From Bacteroidales bacterium (GTDB lineage Bacteria; Bacteroidota; Bacteroidia; Bacteroidales; P3), in the NCBI GenBank assembly GCA_017477025.1, contig JAFUYA010000049.1:24051-88050 (forward strand): a stretch of 64,000 bases of DNA. The letters run 5' to 3'. The notes beneath the pieces are model-generated. The model had not been told where the DNA came from, did no database searches, and worked only from the letters and a program-made list of their open reading frames with translations. Shown piece after piece: positions 18,702 through 27,755 of the stretch. The stretch's first letter is position 1. Every line of letters starts with the position of its first letter. The translations under genes and the position numbers were made by a program.

Positions 18702-18758
18702 TTTTTTTAATGATTTCGGCAGAAATCTCACACTTTTTGACGGAAATCATTAAGAAAA
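18702..18758. repeat. hairpin fragment related to the 38.4/58.3 kb intergenic element
   Basis: ttaatgatttc (18707-18717) pairs with gaaatcattaa (18743-18753). The loop carries tctcacac and gacgg, words shared with the long copies. Confidence 0.45.
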
Positions 18759-18938
18759 ATTTTTTGAATAAAGGTATTCTTTTTTTGTACTCAAAAAATG
18801 GTTTTTTATTGTGTGTTACAAGTAAGTTTTTTACACGAAAAAATAAGACCTTTATTATTCTTGTTTTCTTTTCCGTTCGGGATAATAAATATTTTTGTAT
18901 TTTTGCACCGTCAAAATCAAAAAACATAAAAAGACATT

Positions 18939-19973
18939 ATGGAAGACAGGACGGAATTATCCGCACTCGGTGAATTCGGGTTGATAGAAAGGCTGACCAA
19001 AGACAATAAGGCTGTCAATGACAGTACCGTTCTCTCCGTGGGAGACGATTGTGCCGTGTTGGATTACAAAGAAAAGCAGATACTTGTTTCAACCGATGCC
19101 ATGGCGGAGGGAGTCCATTTTGATATGGTTTATACTCCGTTGAAACATTTGGGGTATAAGGCAGCCGTTTCCAATTTTTCGGATATTTATGCTATGAACG
19201 GCAGACCCAAACAGATAACCGTCAGTTTGAGTGTCAGCAATCGTTACAGCGTTGAGGCTTTGGAAGAGTTGTACAGCGGTATTCGTTTGGCATGTGAGAA
19301 GTACGGAGTGGATCTTGTCGGAGGGGATACGACTTCTTCCGCAGGCGGAATGTTTATTTCCATAACCGTGTTGGGAGAAGGTAACAAAGGCAAAATAGTT
19401 ACAAGAAACACGGCAGGGGAGAATGATCTTATCTGTGTAACCGGTGATTTGGGCGGAGCGTATGCAGGACTGCTTGTTTTGCAGAGAGAAAAAGCCGAAT
19501 GGAAGGCCAATCCTGCCGTACAGCCTGCACTTGACGATTATGATTATGTACTGGAAAGACAATTGAAACCCGAAGCAGGGAAGTGGTTGATTGATTTTTT
19601 TGAAAAAAACGGAATAGTTCCTACTTCCATGATTGACATATCGGACGGATTGGCAAGTGAGATTCTCCATATTTGTCATAACAGCCGCAAAGGATGTGAG
19701 ATATACATGGAACGTTTGCCGATAGATTATCAAACTTCAAGAACGTTGGAAGAGTTTAAAATTGCTGCCGAAACGGGGGCTTTGAACGGAGGGGAAGATT
19801 ACGAACTTCTTTTCACCGTTGCACAAAAGGACTACGAAAAAATCAAAGACTGCAAGGATATTCATATTATAGGCTACATCAAAGAGGAAAATGCAGGGTG
19901 CAAACTCATAACTCCGCAAAATACTGCCATAGACATCAAGGCTCAAGGCTGGAATCATTATAAAAAGCAATAA
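18939..19973 (+). CDS. thiL: thiamine-monophosphate kinase
   Basis: LGEFGLIERL, GDDCAVL, STDAMAEGVHF, GYKAAVSNFSDIYAMNG and VGGDTTSS are the AIR-synthase-related ThiL signature blocks. Confidence 0.9.
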   Translation: MEDRTELSALGEFGLIERLTKDNKAVNDSTVLSVGDDCAVLDYKEKQILVSTDAMAEGVHFDMVYTPLKHLGYKAAVSNFSDIYAMNGRPKQITVSLSVSNRYSVEALEELYSGIRLACEKYGVDLVGGDTTSSAGGMFISITVLGEGNKGKIVTRNTAGENDLICVTGDLGGAYAGLLVLQREKAEWKANPAVQPALDDYDYVLERQLKPEAGKWLIDFFEKNGIVPTSMIDISDGLASEILHICHNSRKGCEIYMERLPIDYQTSRTLEEFKIAAETGALNGGEDYELLFTVAQKDYEKIKDCKDIHIIGYIKEENAGCKLITPQNTAIDIKAQGWNHYKKQ

Positions 19974-20007
19974 ACAAAGGGGAGTAATCGGAAATTTACG
20001 GGAGTTT

Positions 20008-20628
20008 ATGATAAAGAATTTGTTGTTGGATATGGGAGGTGTTATTCTGGATGTGGATTACAACAGAATAATTGAAACCTTTGAGGCATACGGAGCGGAC
20101 GGCAGGGAACTATATACGCAGGTTTCGCAATTGCCGTTGGTAGATGATTTTGAAACGGGCAGGATTACCCCGCAAAAGTTTCGTAACGGAGTCAGAGATG
20201 CTGTAAAGAAAAATCTGACCGATGAACAGATAGACACAATATGGAACTCTATGATTCTCGATGTAAGAGTTGAAACCATACGATTACTCGGCACGCTGAA
20301 ATTGCATTACGAAAAAATACTGCTGTTTTCTAATACCAATGAAATCCATATGAATTTTGTTCGTAAATTATTCTCGGACACAATAGGGTTTGACGTTTTT
20401 TCTCTTTTGTTCGATAAGTCTTATTTTTCCCATGAGATTCATTTGAGAAAACCTGACAAGGAGAGTTTTCTTCGGGTTCTTGATGATGCAGGCATAAAAG
20501 CGGAGGAAACGTTGTTTATAGATGATACGCAGAAAAATATAGACGGTGCGAAACTTGCAGGATTGAATACCTGCTTGCTGGAATCACCGAAGACGTTGGT
20601 TGATTTGCATGATGTAAGGATAATATAG
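20008..20628 (+). CDS. HAD superfamily hydrolase
   Basis: Motif I LLDMGGV (DxG variant), motif III K and motif IV FIDDTQKNIDGA. Confidence 0.65.
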   Translation: MIKNLLLDMGGVILDVDYNRIIETFEAYGADGRELYTQVSQLPLVDDFETGRITPQKFRNGVRDAVKKNLTDEQIDTIWNSMILDVRVETIRLLGTLKLHYEKILLFSNTNEIHMNFVRKLFSDTIGFDVFSLLFDKSYFSHEIHLRKPDKESFLRVLDDAGIKAEETLFIDDTQKNIDGAKLAGLNTCLLESPKTLVDLHDVRII

Positions 20629-20631
20629 GAT

Positions 20632-20961
20632 ATGAAAGAAAAACTGTTACATATACTCAAGTATCCGAAAACCAAGTATATTGTCGTACTTGTGTTGTTT
20701 ATCCTTTTGATGACGTTGTCAAGGGACAAGAATATTTTTTATTACCATAATATCTCAAAGCAGAAAAAAGAACTTGAACAACGCAAAAAGGATTATACGG
20801 AGCAGATTCAAAGAGACAGTTTGAATACTTCCGTTATTCAGCGGAATTTGGATGCGGCTGAGAAATTGGGAAGGGAAAAATATTTGATGAAAAAGGAAAA
20901 TGAAGACATCTTTATCATACGTCGGGCAAAGGATTCGTTGATAAAAGATATAATAGAATAA
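20632..20961 (+). CDS. septum formation initiator (FtsB/DivIC-like) protein
   Basis: 109 aa with one N-terminal TM helix followed by a coiled-coil-like KKELEQRKKDYTEQIQ region and REKYLMKKENEDIF. Confidence 0.55.
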   Translation: MKEKLLHILKYPKTKYIVVLVLFILLMTLSRDKNIFYYHNISKQKKELEQRKKDYTEQIQRDSLNTSVIQRNLDAAEKLGREKYLMKKENEDIFIIRRAKDSLIKDIIE

Positions 20962-21068
20962 CTTTTTTTGTGCTAAGATGCAATAAAAAGTATTTTTTTT
21001 CGTTTTTCAGTGTGGTAATTATTGAGGATGGTTTTATAAAAACAAGTTTAATAAGATTTTAGATTAAG

Positions 21069-22673
21069 ATGTTACATTTAGATTTAACAAAATACGGAAT
21101 AAAAGATACGAAGGAGATACTTTACAATCCTTCTTATGAAGTTCTTTTCAATGAAGAAACCCGTGAAGATTTGACAGGGTATGACAAAGGTCAGGTAACG
21201 GAGTTGGGAGCGGTAAATGTGATGACGGGAGTTTATACCGGTCGTTCTCCTAAAGACAAATACATTGTTGTAGATGAGAATTCCAAGAATAATGTTTGGT
21301 GGAATACTCCGGAATATCCTAATGATAACCACCCGATGAGTGAAGAGGTTTGGGCTGAGGTTAAAAGCAAAGCGGTAAATCAATTATCCGGCAAAAGATT
21401 GTTTGTCGTTGATGGTTTTTGCGGAGCCAACAAGGATACGAGAATGAAGATCCGTTTCATAATGGAAGTTGCTTGGCAGGCACATTTCGTAACCAATATG
21501 TTTATCCGTCCTCAGAATCAGGCAGAATTTGATCAGGAACCTGACTTTATAGTATATACCGCATCCAAAGCTAAAGTTGAGAACTATGAGGCTTTAGGTT
21601 TGAGAAGTGAAACTGCTGTTGCTTTCAACGTAACGAGCAAAGAGCAGGTTATTTTGAATACTTGGTACGGCGGTGAGATGAAAAAAGGTTTGTTCTCCAT
21701 GATGAACTACTATCTTCCGTTGAAAGGTATCGCTGCTATGCATTGTTCTGCCAATACTGATATGAACGGCGAGAATACCGCCATATTCTTCGGTCTTTCA
21801 GGCACGGGAAAAACAACTCTTTCCACTGATCCTAAACGTAAGTTGATAGGTGATGACGAACATGGTTGGGATGACAATGGAGTTTTCAACTTTGAAGGCG
21901 GTTGCTATGCAAAAGTCATCAATTTGGACAAAGATGCAGAACCTGATATTTACGGAGCAATCCGCAGAGATGCACTTTTGGAGAATGTTACCGTAGATAA
22001 AGACGGAAAAATTGATTTTGCAGACAAGAGCGTTACAGAAAACACCCGTGTTTCTTACCCTATCTACCATATCAACAACATTGTACGCCCTATATCCCAT
22101 GCTCCTGAGGCAAAACAAGTGATTTTCTTATCTGCAGATGCATTCGGAGTATTGCCTCCTGTAAGTATTTTGACTCCTGAACAGACGAAATATTACTTCT
22201 TGAGCGGATTTACGGCTAAATTGGCAGGAACGGAAATAGGAATCAAAGAACCTGTACCTACTTTTTCCGCTTGTTTCGGTCAGGCTTTCTTGGAGTTGCA
22301 TCCGACAAAATACGCAGAAGAGTTGGTTAGACACATGGAAAAGAGCGGAGCAAAGGCTTATCTTGTAAATACGGGCTGGAACGGTACGGGAAAACGTATC
22401 TCCATCAAAGACACAAGAGGAATTATAGACGCCATACTTGACGGTTCTATAGACAAAGCCCCTACAAAGCAGATTCCTTATTTCAATTTTACGGTACCTA
22501 CTCAGTTAAACGGTGTTGCAACCGAAATACTTGACCCTCGCGATACGTACGCAAAGGCAGAAGAGTGGGAAGTAAAGGCTAAAGACTTAGCAGACAGATT
22601 TATTAAGAACTTCGTTAAATACACAACTAACGAAGAAGGAAAGAAACTTGTTGATGCAGGTCCGAAGTTGTAA
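21069..22673 (+). CDS. pckA: phosphoenolpyruvate carboxykinase (ATP)
   Basis: [10 protein letters not shown], the kinase-1a loop [21 protein letters not shown] and NTGWNG are canonical PckA blocks. Confidence 0.97.
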   Translation: MLHLDLTKYGIKDTKEILYNPSYEVLFNEETREDLTGYDKGQVTELGAVNVMTGVYTGRSPKDKYIVVDENSKNNVWWNTPEYPNDNHPMSEEVWAEVKSKAVNQLSGKRLFVVDGFCGANKDTRMKIRFIMEVAWQAHFVTNMFIRPQNQAEFDQEPDFIVYTASKAKVENYEALGLRSETAVAFNVTSKEQVILNTWYGGEMKKGLFSMMNYYLPLKGIAAMHCSANTDMNGENTAIFFGLSGTGKTTLSTDPKRKLIGDDEHGWDDNGVFNFEGGCYAKVINLDKDAEPDIYGAIRRDALLENVTVDKDGKIDFADKSVTENTRVSYPIYHINNIVRPISHAPEAKQVIFLSADAFGVLPPVSILTPEQTKYYFLSGFTAKLAGTEIGIKEPVPTFSACFGQAFLELHPTKYAEELVRHMEKSGAKAYLVNTGWNGTGKRISIKDTRGIIDAILDGSIDKAPTKQIPYFNFTVPTQLNGVATEILDPRDTYAKAEEWEVKAKDLADRFIKNFVKYTTNEEGKKLVDAGPKL

Positions 22674-22753
22674 TTAAATTCGGCTTTTAATCTTTTATCC
22701 TTATAGGGATTAAAAGTATGTTTTTGTTTTCATAATTAATAATTTTTTGGTTG

Positions 22754-22794
22754 GAGTCCCGTTCCGTTCCGGAATGGGACTCTTTTTCTTTTTT
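22754..22794 (+). terminator. intrinsic terminator after pckA
   Basis: gagtccc (22754-22760) pairs with gggactc (22776-22782), followed by tttttcttttttg. Confidence 0.7.
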
Positions 22795-23059
22795 GATATA
22801 GGACATCCCCGTTTAATATAAAACATCGTCCGAACCATGTCCTTAATAAAGGACGATTTTTCTGAAAAGCCTTTTTATTTTTTTACAAAAATTGTTGAAA
22901 AAATGTAACAATCGGAGAAAAACAGCGTAAAAGATACAGAAAACCAAGTGTAGAATACAAAAAAATGTAATAAAACAGGCGGTTTTTATTGCAAAAATGT
23001 ATAAAAATTTAGTATAAATCAAACTATATATTATATTGAATTATAGGTAATTATACATA

Positions 23060-23069
23060 GGGGGGGGGG
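23060..23069 (+). repeat. G10 homopolymer tract
   Basis: Read directly (catag gggggggggg a). It is the only G/C run longer than 5 that I saw in the window. Confidence 0.9.
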
Positions 23070-23123
23070 ATTTTCAACATTAAAAAGTTAATAAAAAATT
23101 TGGTTGGTATGACTTTTATGTTG

Positions 23124-23131
23124 TAATTTTG
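23124..23131 (+). promoter_or_regulatory. -7 box TAatTTTG, with a TTTG -33 element at 23099-23102
   Basis: taattttg lies 76 nt upstream of ATG 23207. A TTTG sits 21 nt upstream of the box. Confidence 0.45.
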
Positions 23132-23206
23132 CAAACTGGAAAAAGATTAGTTAAAACATAAAAACTCGTTAAAATGAATTTATTAAAATTATGTAACTCT
23201 CTGTAG

Positions 23207-25507
23207 ATGAGAGTTGGAAACCCTATGAAGGGTGTTTTTAGAAGAAAAACACTTTTAGCGGTGTTTATTGCCATATTCGCAATCTCTGCATTGCCGGGTA
23301 ATTTGATGGCACAATTCAGTGGCGGAAGTGGTACATCCGCAGATCCTTATTTAATTTCCAAAGCACAGGATTTAGTTACATTAGCAACTGATGTCAATGG
23401 CGGTACGACGTATAGCGGAAAATATTTTAAGGTTACGCAGGACATAGATATGTCTTCAGTAAGTAACTTTACTCCTATCGGCTATATTTATGGAACAAAT
23501 GATAATGGAACTATTTCGACAACAGGTGCTCGTGCATTTCAAGGAACGTTTGATGGGGATAATAAGACAATAAGTAATCTAACCATTAATCAGAAGTTAG
23601 AAAGGAGTAATAGCAACTCCGGTAACGGAGTAAGATGCGGTACAGGATTGTTCGGTTATGTAAATAACGGAACAATAAAGAATGTTGTCATCTCACACGC
23701 TAATATTTCTGCTGAATTACAGACTCTGACTGGATATTGGAATTCAGCAACAAAGGCGAGTGGAGTTGGAGCATTAGTAGGTATGTTATGGTCCGGTTCT
23801 GTTGAGAATTGTTCCGTATCAAATTCTTCTATTTCTGCAACAGCAACGACAACATCTGGTGGTACAACCGGATACATTGATTGTGTAGGCGGATTGGTAG
23901 GTGGTATTGGCGAAACATCTTCCGGTCCGGGAAACTATAATGCAACGGTAAGCGGTTGTTCTAGTTATAACAATACTGTAGTAGGAGGTACCTACGTAGG
24001 AGGTCTCTCGGGAGAAGGTGATGGCTCAAATATAACTGATTTTGATTTTGCAGGAAATACAGTTGTAGCAACCAATAACAATGGACAATCCGGAGCCGTA
24101 ACAGGTAGAGACCCATCCTTCCCTGAAGGAGAAGCAAATGCTGTTACTTTGTATGTTGGAAAATGGAACTTTATCGGATCAATAGGTAGCACTTTCGATA
24201 TATTGAATAGCAACAACGGAGGTAAAGCTCCTAACGGCAAGCAATATCCTAACGATATGGCGGCAATAGGATTCAATTATTTTACAACAGAAGCAGGTGG
24301 TACAGCAAACCAATGGTCAAGTGTTTGGTATCATTCATGGAATACTATGGTTCCTGGACAAGGTTACTTCGTTTGGCCTTTTGATAAGAGCAGAATAGAC
24401 GTTGAAGGAAATGATAGTAAAACGGAAGGCTTTACGTTGGACAATACTACCACATCCATACTTCCTACTGCATTAAAGAAAGGTGGTACGGTCGGAATTG
24501 CAGATGCTCTTCCAGGTAAAGATGAATATACAGCAGCAACTAATTATGCAACAACAGAACAAGCTGCAAACGGAAGATGGTTTGCTTTGAGCAATCCTTT
24601 TGCTGTAAACTTGAGTGTTGCAGGTATTGTTGGTTACCAAGGTGTAGAGGCTACAGTTACAGGTATTCAAGGTAACGTGGTTTATACTTATGATGCTCAG
24701 AATTCTCAGTGGAAGACGGTTGAACCGGGGGCTACGGGAATTATTCTTCCTGGACAAGGCTTTATGGTTGCAGCAAGTAAAGAGGGAAGTTCTGCAACTA
24801 TTGGTGGTTTGTTGAGATATGTAAGAGCTAAATCTGTAAGAATAGAAGATCTTGAGGAAAATCAACCTATGGGTATTGTTTTCGGAACTAAGACAAACAA
24901 AGATGAACATTTTTCTTATCTTCGTTTTGATGACAACGCTTCTAACAGTTTTGATGTGATGGATTGCTATTCTTTGTTTTCTGATAAGGAAGATTACGTT
25001 GAATCTTATTTTGATGTAAATGGTAATAATGTATTGATCAACTATACTAAAACACTTCCTTATGAGGTTCCTGTTAATTTCCATGCAGTAAAAGAAAGTG
25101 ACGTAGAGTTTTTTGCAAAGAATATTCCTGAAGATTTGCAAGTTTCAATTATTGATTTGCAAGATAGCGGCAAAGAGACTGTTTTAAACGATACTCCATT
25201 TATTTTCCATGCCGATCAGGGAGAAAATGCAGACAGATACAAGATAAAGGTTGCTTCTAAAAAAGCATCTTTGGAGAATTTGAAAGAAACGGATGTAAAA
25301 ATCTACAATTTAAATAAGGAATTGAGCGTGTATGGTGAGGATTTGCAGTTCGTTGAAGTTGTGAATGCATTAGGTCAGACGGTTTTATCTCAAAAAATCA
25401 GTGGAAATACATTCAATTGTACGTTATCAAATGTAAATAGCGGAGCCTACATTGTCAATGTAAAGACTGCAAACGGAAATAAAGTTGAAAAAGTTATTGT
25501 TAAATAA
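23207..25507 (+). CDS. GLUG-motif repeat surface protein with T9SS C-terminal sorting domain
   Basis: Signal peptide (the alternative start is Met7 at 23225). GSGTSADPYLI...FQGTFDGDNKTISNL is followed by reiterated GLFG/ALVG/GLVG/GLSG ...N[CV] units. The C-terminus DVKIYNL...VVNALGQTV...GAYIVNVKT...KVIVK is a Por_Secre_tail-like CTD. Confidence 0.75.
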   Translation: MRVGNPMKGVFRRKTLLAVFIAIFAISALPGNLMAQFSGGSGTSADPYLISKAQDLVTLATDVNGGTTYSGKYFKVTQDIDMSSVSNFTPIGYIYGTNDNGTISTTGARAFQGTFDGDNKTISNLTINQKLERSNSNSGNGVRCGTGLFGYVNNGTIKNVVISHANISAELQTLTGYWNSATKASGVGALVGMLWSGSVENCSVSNSSISATATTTSGGTTGYIDCVGGLVGGIGETSSGPGNYNATVSGCSSYNNTVVGGTYVGGLSGEGDGSNITDFDFAGNTVVATNNNGQSGAVTGRDPSFPEGEANAVTLYVGKWNFIGSIGSTFDILNSNNGGKAPNGKQYPNDMAAIGFNYFTTEAGGTANQWSSVWYHSWNTMVPGQGYFVWPFDKSRIDVEGNDSKTEGFTLDNTTTSILPTALKKGGTVGIADALPGKDEYTAATNYATTEQAANGRWFALSNPFAVNLSVAGIVGYQGVEATVTGIQGNVVYTYDAQNSQWKTVEPGATGIILPGQGFMVAASKEGSSATIGGLLRYVRAKSVRIEDLEENQPMGIVFGTKTNKDEHFSYLRFDDNASNSFDVMDCYSLFSDKEDYVESYFDVNGNNVLINYTKTLPYEVPVNFHAVKESDVEFFAKNIPEDLQVSIIDLQDSGKETVLNDTPFIFHADQGENADRYKIKVASKKASLENLKETDVKIYNLNKELSVYGEDLQFVEVVNALGQTVLSQKISGNTFNCTLSNVNSGAYIVNVKTANGNKVEKVIVK

Positions 25508-25528
25508 AACATATAGGAGAAAACGAGA

Positions 25529-25750
25529 ATGAAAATAAAGAGATTACTTGCATTGGGTGTTTTGCTGTTAATTAGTTTTGCAACGTTGAAAGCTCAAACA
25601 CCTCCTTCTCCAGAGCAAAATCCGAACAATCAAGCAAAGCAGTCACTGAATAGAACCCCTGTAGGTACGGCGACAGCATTGTTGTTAGGTTTGGGAGCAG
25701 GAGTATTGGGATACAGATTGCGTAAGAACACCAAAGAGAGCAACGAATAG
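25529..25750 (+). CDS. small secreted/bitopic protein (signal peptide + Pro-rich linker + C-terminal TM + basic tail)
   Basis: 73 aa: MKIKRLLALGVLLLISFATLKAQ / TPPSPEQNPNNQ... / ATALLLGLGAGVLGY / RLRKNTKESNE. It starts 21 nt after the surface-protein stop and ends before a strong terminator. Confidence 0.5.
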   Translation: MKIKRLLALGVLLLISFATLKAQTPPSPEQNPNNQAKQSLNRTPVGTATALLLGLGAGVLGYRLRKNTKESNE

Positions 25751-25800
25751 TAAAAGGAAATCGATTCAAGTTGATTTTATAATTAATTAATCATTTTTAC

Positions 25801-25846
25801 AAAGTCGTCGGTACAAAGGACTTGTACCGACGACTTTCGTTTTTTT
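25801..25846 (+). terminator. intrinsic terminator (16-bp perfect stem)
   Basis: aaagtcgtcggtacaa (25801-25816) pairs with ttgtaccgacgacttt (25822-25837), followed by cgttttttt. Confidence 0.85.
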
Positions 25847-25897
25847 AATTTATATGGTGAAAAAAGTATTAAAAATATGTTAGGAGATAACGTTTAT

Positions 25898-27184
25898 TTA
25901 TAGTCTGTCATCTACAATATTACGCGGTAATATACCTTTGACGTCATAAATAACAGAATTATCTTTGACTAGATTTTTTAAATCAAGAGACATAAATTCT
26001 TTGTGAGCAACGGCTAATATAACGGCATCGAATTTCAGATTCTTATCCAAAGTGTCCGTTATTTCTATATTATATTCTTTTTTGGTATGTTGTTTATCCG
26101 CCCACGTATCATATACTGTAATGTTGTTTGTATATTCCTGCAGAGTATGATATATATCTACCACTTTGGTGTTGCGTATATCGGGGCAGTTTTCCTTGAA
26201 AGTTATGCCGAGAATCAATATCTTCGCATCTTTTACCATAACTCCCTTTTTGTTCATACATTTGATTGTCTGATTTGCTACGTATGCTCCCATTCCGTCG
26301 TTAAGTCTTCGGGCATTACTCATTACACGCGGCAATACACCATAAACTTGTGCTTTCTGAATCAAGTAATAGGGATCGACACTAATGCAGTGTCCGCCTA
26401 CTAATCCCGGAGATAATTTGATAAAATTCCATTTGGAAGCAGCAGCTTCAATGACATCATGAGTATCTATGCCCATTGCATTAAAGATTTTTGCCAATTC
26501 ATTCATAAATGCAATATTGACATCTCTTTGACTGTTTTCTATTATCTTACTTGCTTCTGCAACTTTAATGGAAGGAGCCTTATGCGTGCCGTTTATTAAT
26601 ACCGAATTATACACCTTATCGACAATGTCGGCAATTTCATCGGTTGAGCCGCTGGTAACTTTCTTTATTTTCTCTACAGTGTGCAGTTTATCGCCCGGGT
26701 TGATTCTTTCAGGGGAATATCCTGCAAAGAAATCCGTGTTAAAACGAAGTCCGCTTACTCTTTCCACTACAGGAAGGCATTCTTCCTCCGTTACTCCCGG
26801 ATAAACGGTGGATTCATATACGACAATATCTCCTTTTGCAATAACTCTTCCTACCGTTTCACTTGCTTTTAACAAAGGTTGCAGGTCAGGACGGTTATTT
26901 TCATCAACAGGAGTCGGCACGGCAACGATGTAAAAATTGCAATCTCTTATTTCTTCAAGCACGGAGGTGCAAACAAATCCGTATTTATTGATTGCTTCCT
27001 GTAACAAATCGTTGCTGACTTCCAGTGTCGAGTCATTGCCTTGCATCAATTCGTCAATTCGTCTTTTATTTAAATCAAATCCTATTGTTTTGTATTTTGT
27101 AGAAAACAATCTTGCAAGCGGTAAGCCTACATATCCGAGTCCTATGACCGCAATTTTTATTTCGTTATTCATTTTTATTGTCAA
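25898..27184 (-). CDS. nucleotide-sugar 6-dehydrogenase (TviB/WbpO/Cap5O-like, UDP-N-acetyl-hexosamine dehydrogenase family)
   Basis: N-terminal Rossmann IAVIGLGYVGLPLA, a catalytic-Cys region GLVGGHCISVDPYY, and a C-terminal UDP-binding domain. Confidence 0.85.
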   Translation of the reverse strand: MTIKMNNEIKIAVIGLGYVGLPLARLFSTKYKTIGFDLNKRRIDELMQGNDSTLEVSNDLLQEAINKYGFVCTSVLEEIRDCNFYIVAVPTPVDENNRPDLQPLLKASETVGRVIAKGDIVVYESTVYPGVTEEECLPVVERVSGLRFNTDFFAGYSPERINPGDKLHTVEKIKKVTSGSTDEIADIVDKVYNSVLINGTHKAPSIKVAEASKIIENSQRDVNIAFMNELAKIFNAMGIDTHDVIEAAASKWNFIKLSPGLVGGHCISVDPYYLIQKAQVYGVLPRVMSNARRLNDGMGAYVANQTIKCMNKKGVMVKDAKILILGITFKENCPDIRNTKVVDIYHTLQEYTNNITVYDTWADKQHTKKEYNIEITDTLDKNLKFDAVILAVAHKEFMSLDLKNLVKDNSVIYDVKGILPRNIVDDRL

Positions 27185-27728
27185 TAATTTCTATTAAGTC
27201 AGGTGTAATATATGAAGTTGCGACAGCCACTCCCGGAATTTGCAACACAATTCTCTTGTTTTTGCGACCTTTTCCTTTCAAAAGTTCCCCTTCAATGCCG
27301 TCAAAAGCACCTCCGATGACTCTTACTCTTACACCTTTTTTTATCTCAATCTCATCAGGTTTGTAATAAGTAATACCGTCATCGAAATGTGATGCAATCT
27401 TCATAAACTTGTCCATTTCTTTGTCAGGAACAACGGCAGGTTTGCGTTTGCTCCTGTCAGGATCCATTAAAAAATAAGCGTGATAACCGTATTTTGATAA
27501 AATATTATCTTTGAAATCTTTCAAAGTTTCCTTATCGGAGTGAGCAAAGACTAAATCATTCACGGCAGGAGAGAAAACTTTTTGTTTTTTCCCTTTCATT
27601 GTCTTTACTGTGTAATGCATGGGAACAAAACTTTCGATATTGTTCTTATCCAATAGTTCTTTTATTTTAAGTTCTCTTCCGAAAATAGTCTTTAAAACGA
27701 ACCACTCCAGCGGACTATTTGTTTCCAT
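27165..27728 (-). CDS. UpxY-family (NusG-like) transcription antiterminator
   Basis: NGN-like N-terminus (WFVLKTIFGRELKIKELLDKNNIESFVPM) and a C-terminal KOW (KKGVRVRVIGGAFDGIEGEL). It overlaps the downstream dehydrogenase ORF by 20 nt. Confidence 0.8.
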   Translation of the reverse strand: METNSPLEWFVLKTIFGRELKIKELLDKNNIESFVPMHYTVKTMKGKKQKVFSPAVNDLVFAHSDKETLKDFKDNILSKYGYHAYFLMDPDRSKRKPAVVPDKEMDKFMKIASHFDDGITYYKPDEIEIKKGVRVRVIGGAFDGIEGELLKGKGRKNKRIVLQIPGVAVATSYITPDLIEIIDNKNE

Positions 27729-27755
27729 TATATGTTTGCAGTACTATTTATAAAT

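Noticed and set aside
18396-18938. TPP riboswitch upstream of thiL, and a purine/ZTP riboswitch upstream of purL (38236-38716)
   Set aside because: I looked for the conserved cores (CUGAGA...ACCUGAUCUGGAUAAUGCCAGCG-type for TPP, the purine three-way junction, and the GGGUCGUGAC/CCGCCUGGGCA pfl motif). I found none. An Infernal scan would be decisive.
18461-18973. Three overlapping 68-104-aa ORFs in the GNAT/thiL spacer
   Set aside because: They lie in an extremely AT-rich spacer and give Phe/Lys/Ile/Asn-rich translations on both strands. The region contains the repeat fragment and promoter boxes. There is no coding signal.
19089-19733. 214-aa ORF antisense to thiL. The same class includes 24473-25141, 40694-41263, 42158-42862, 35200-35610, 50653-51192 and 58693-59184.
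   Set aside because: All lie antisense to, or overlap, genes with strong family motifs. None has a recognisable domain, so I call them shadow ORFs.
25801-25846. The hairpin as a bidirectional terminator that also serves the minus-strand dehydrogenase gene
   Set aside because: The T run is present only on the plus-strand side. It may still pause minus-strand transcription, but I annotate it for the plus strand only.
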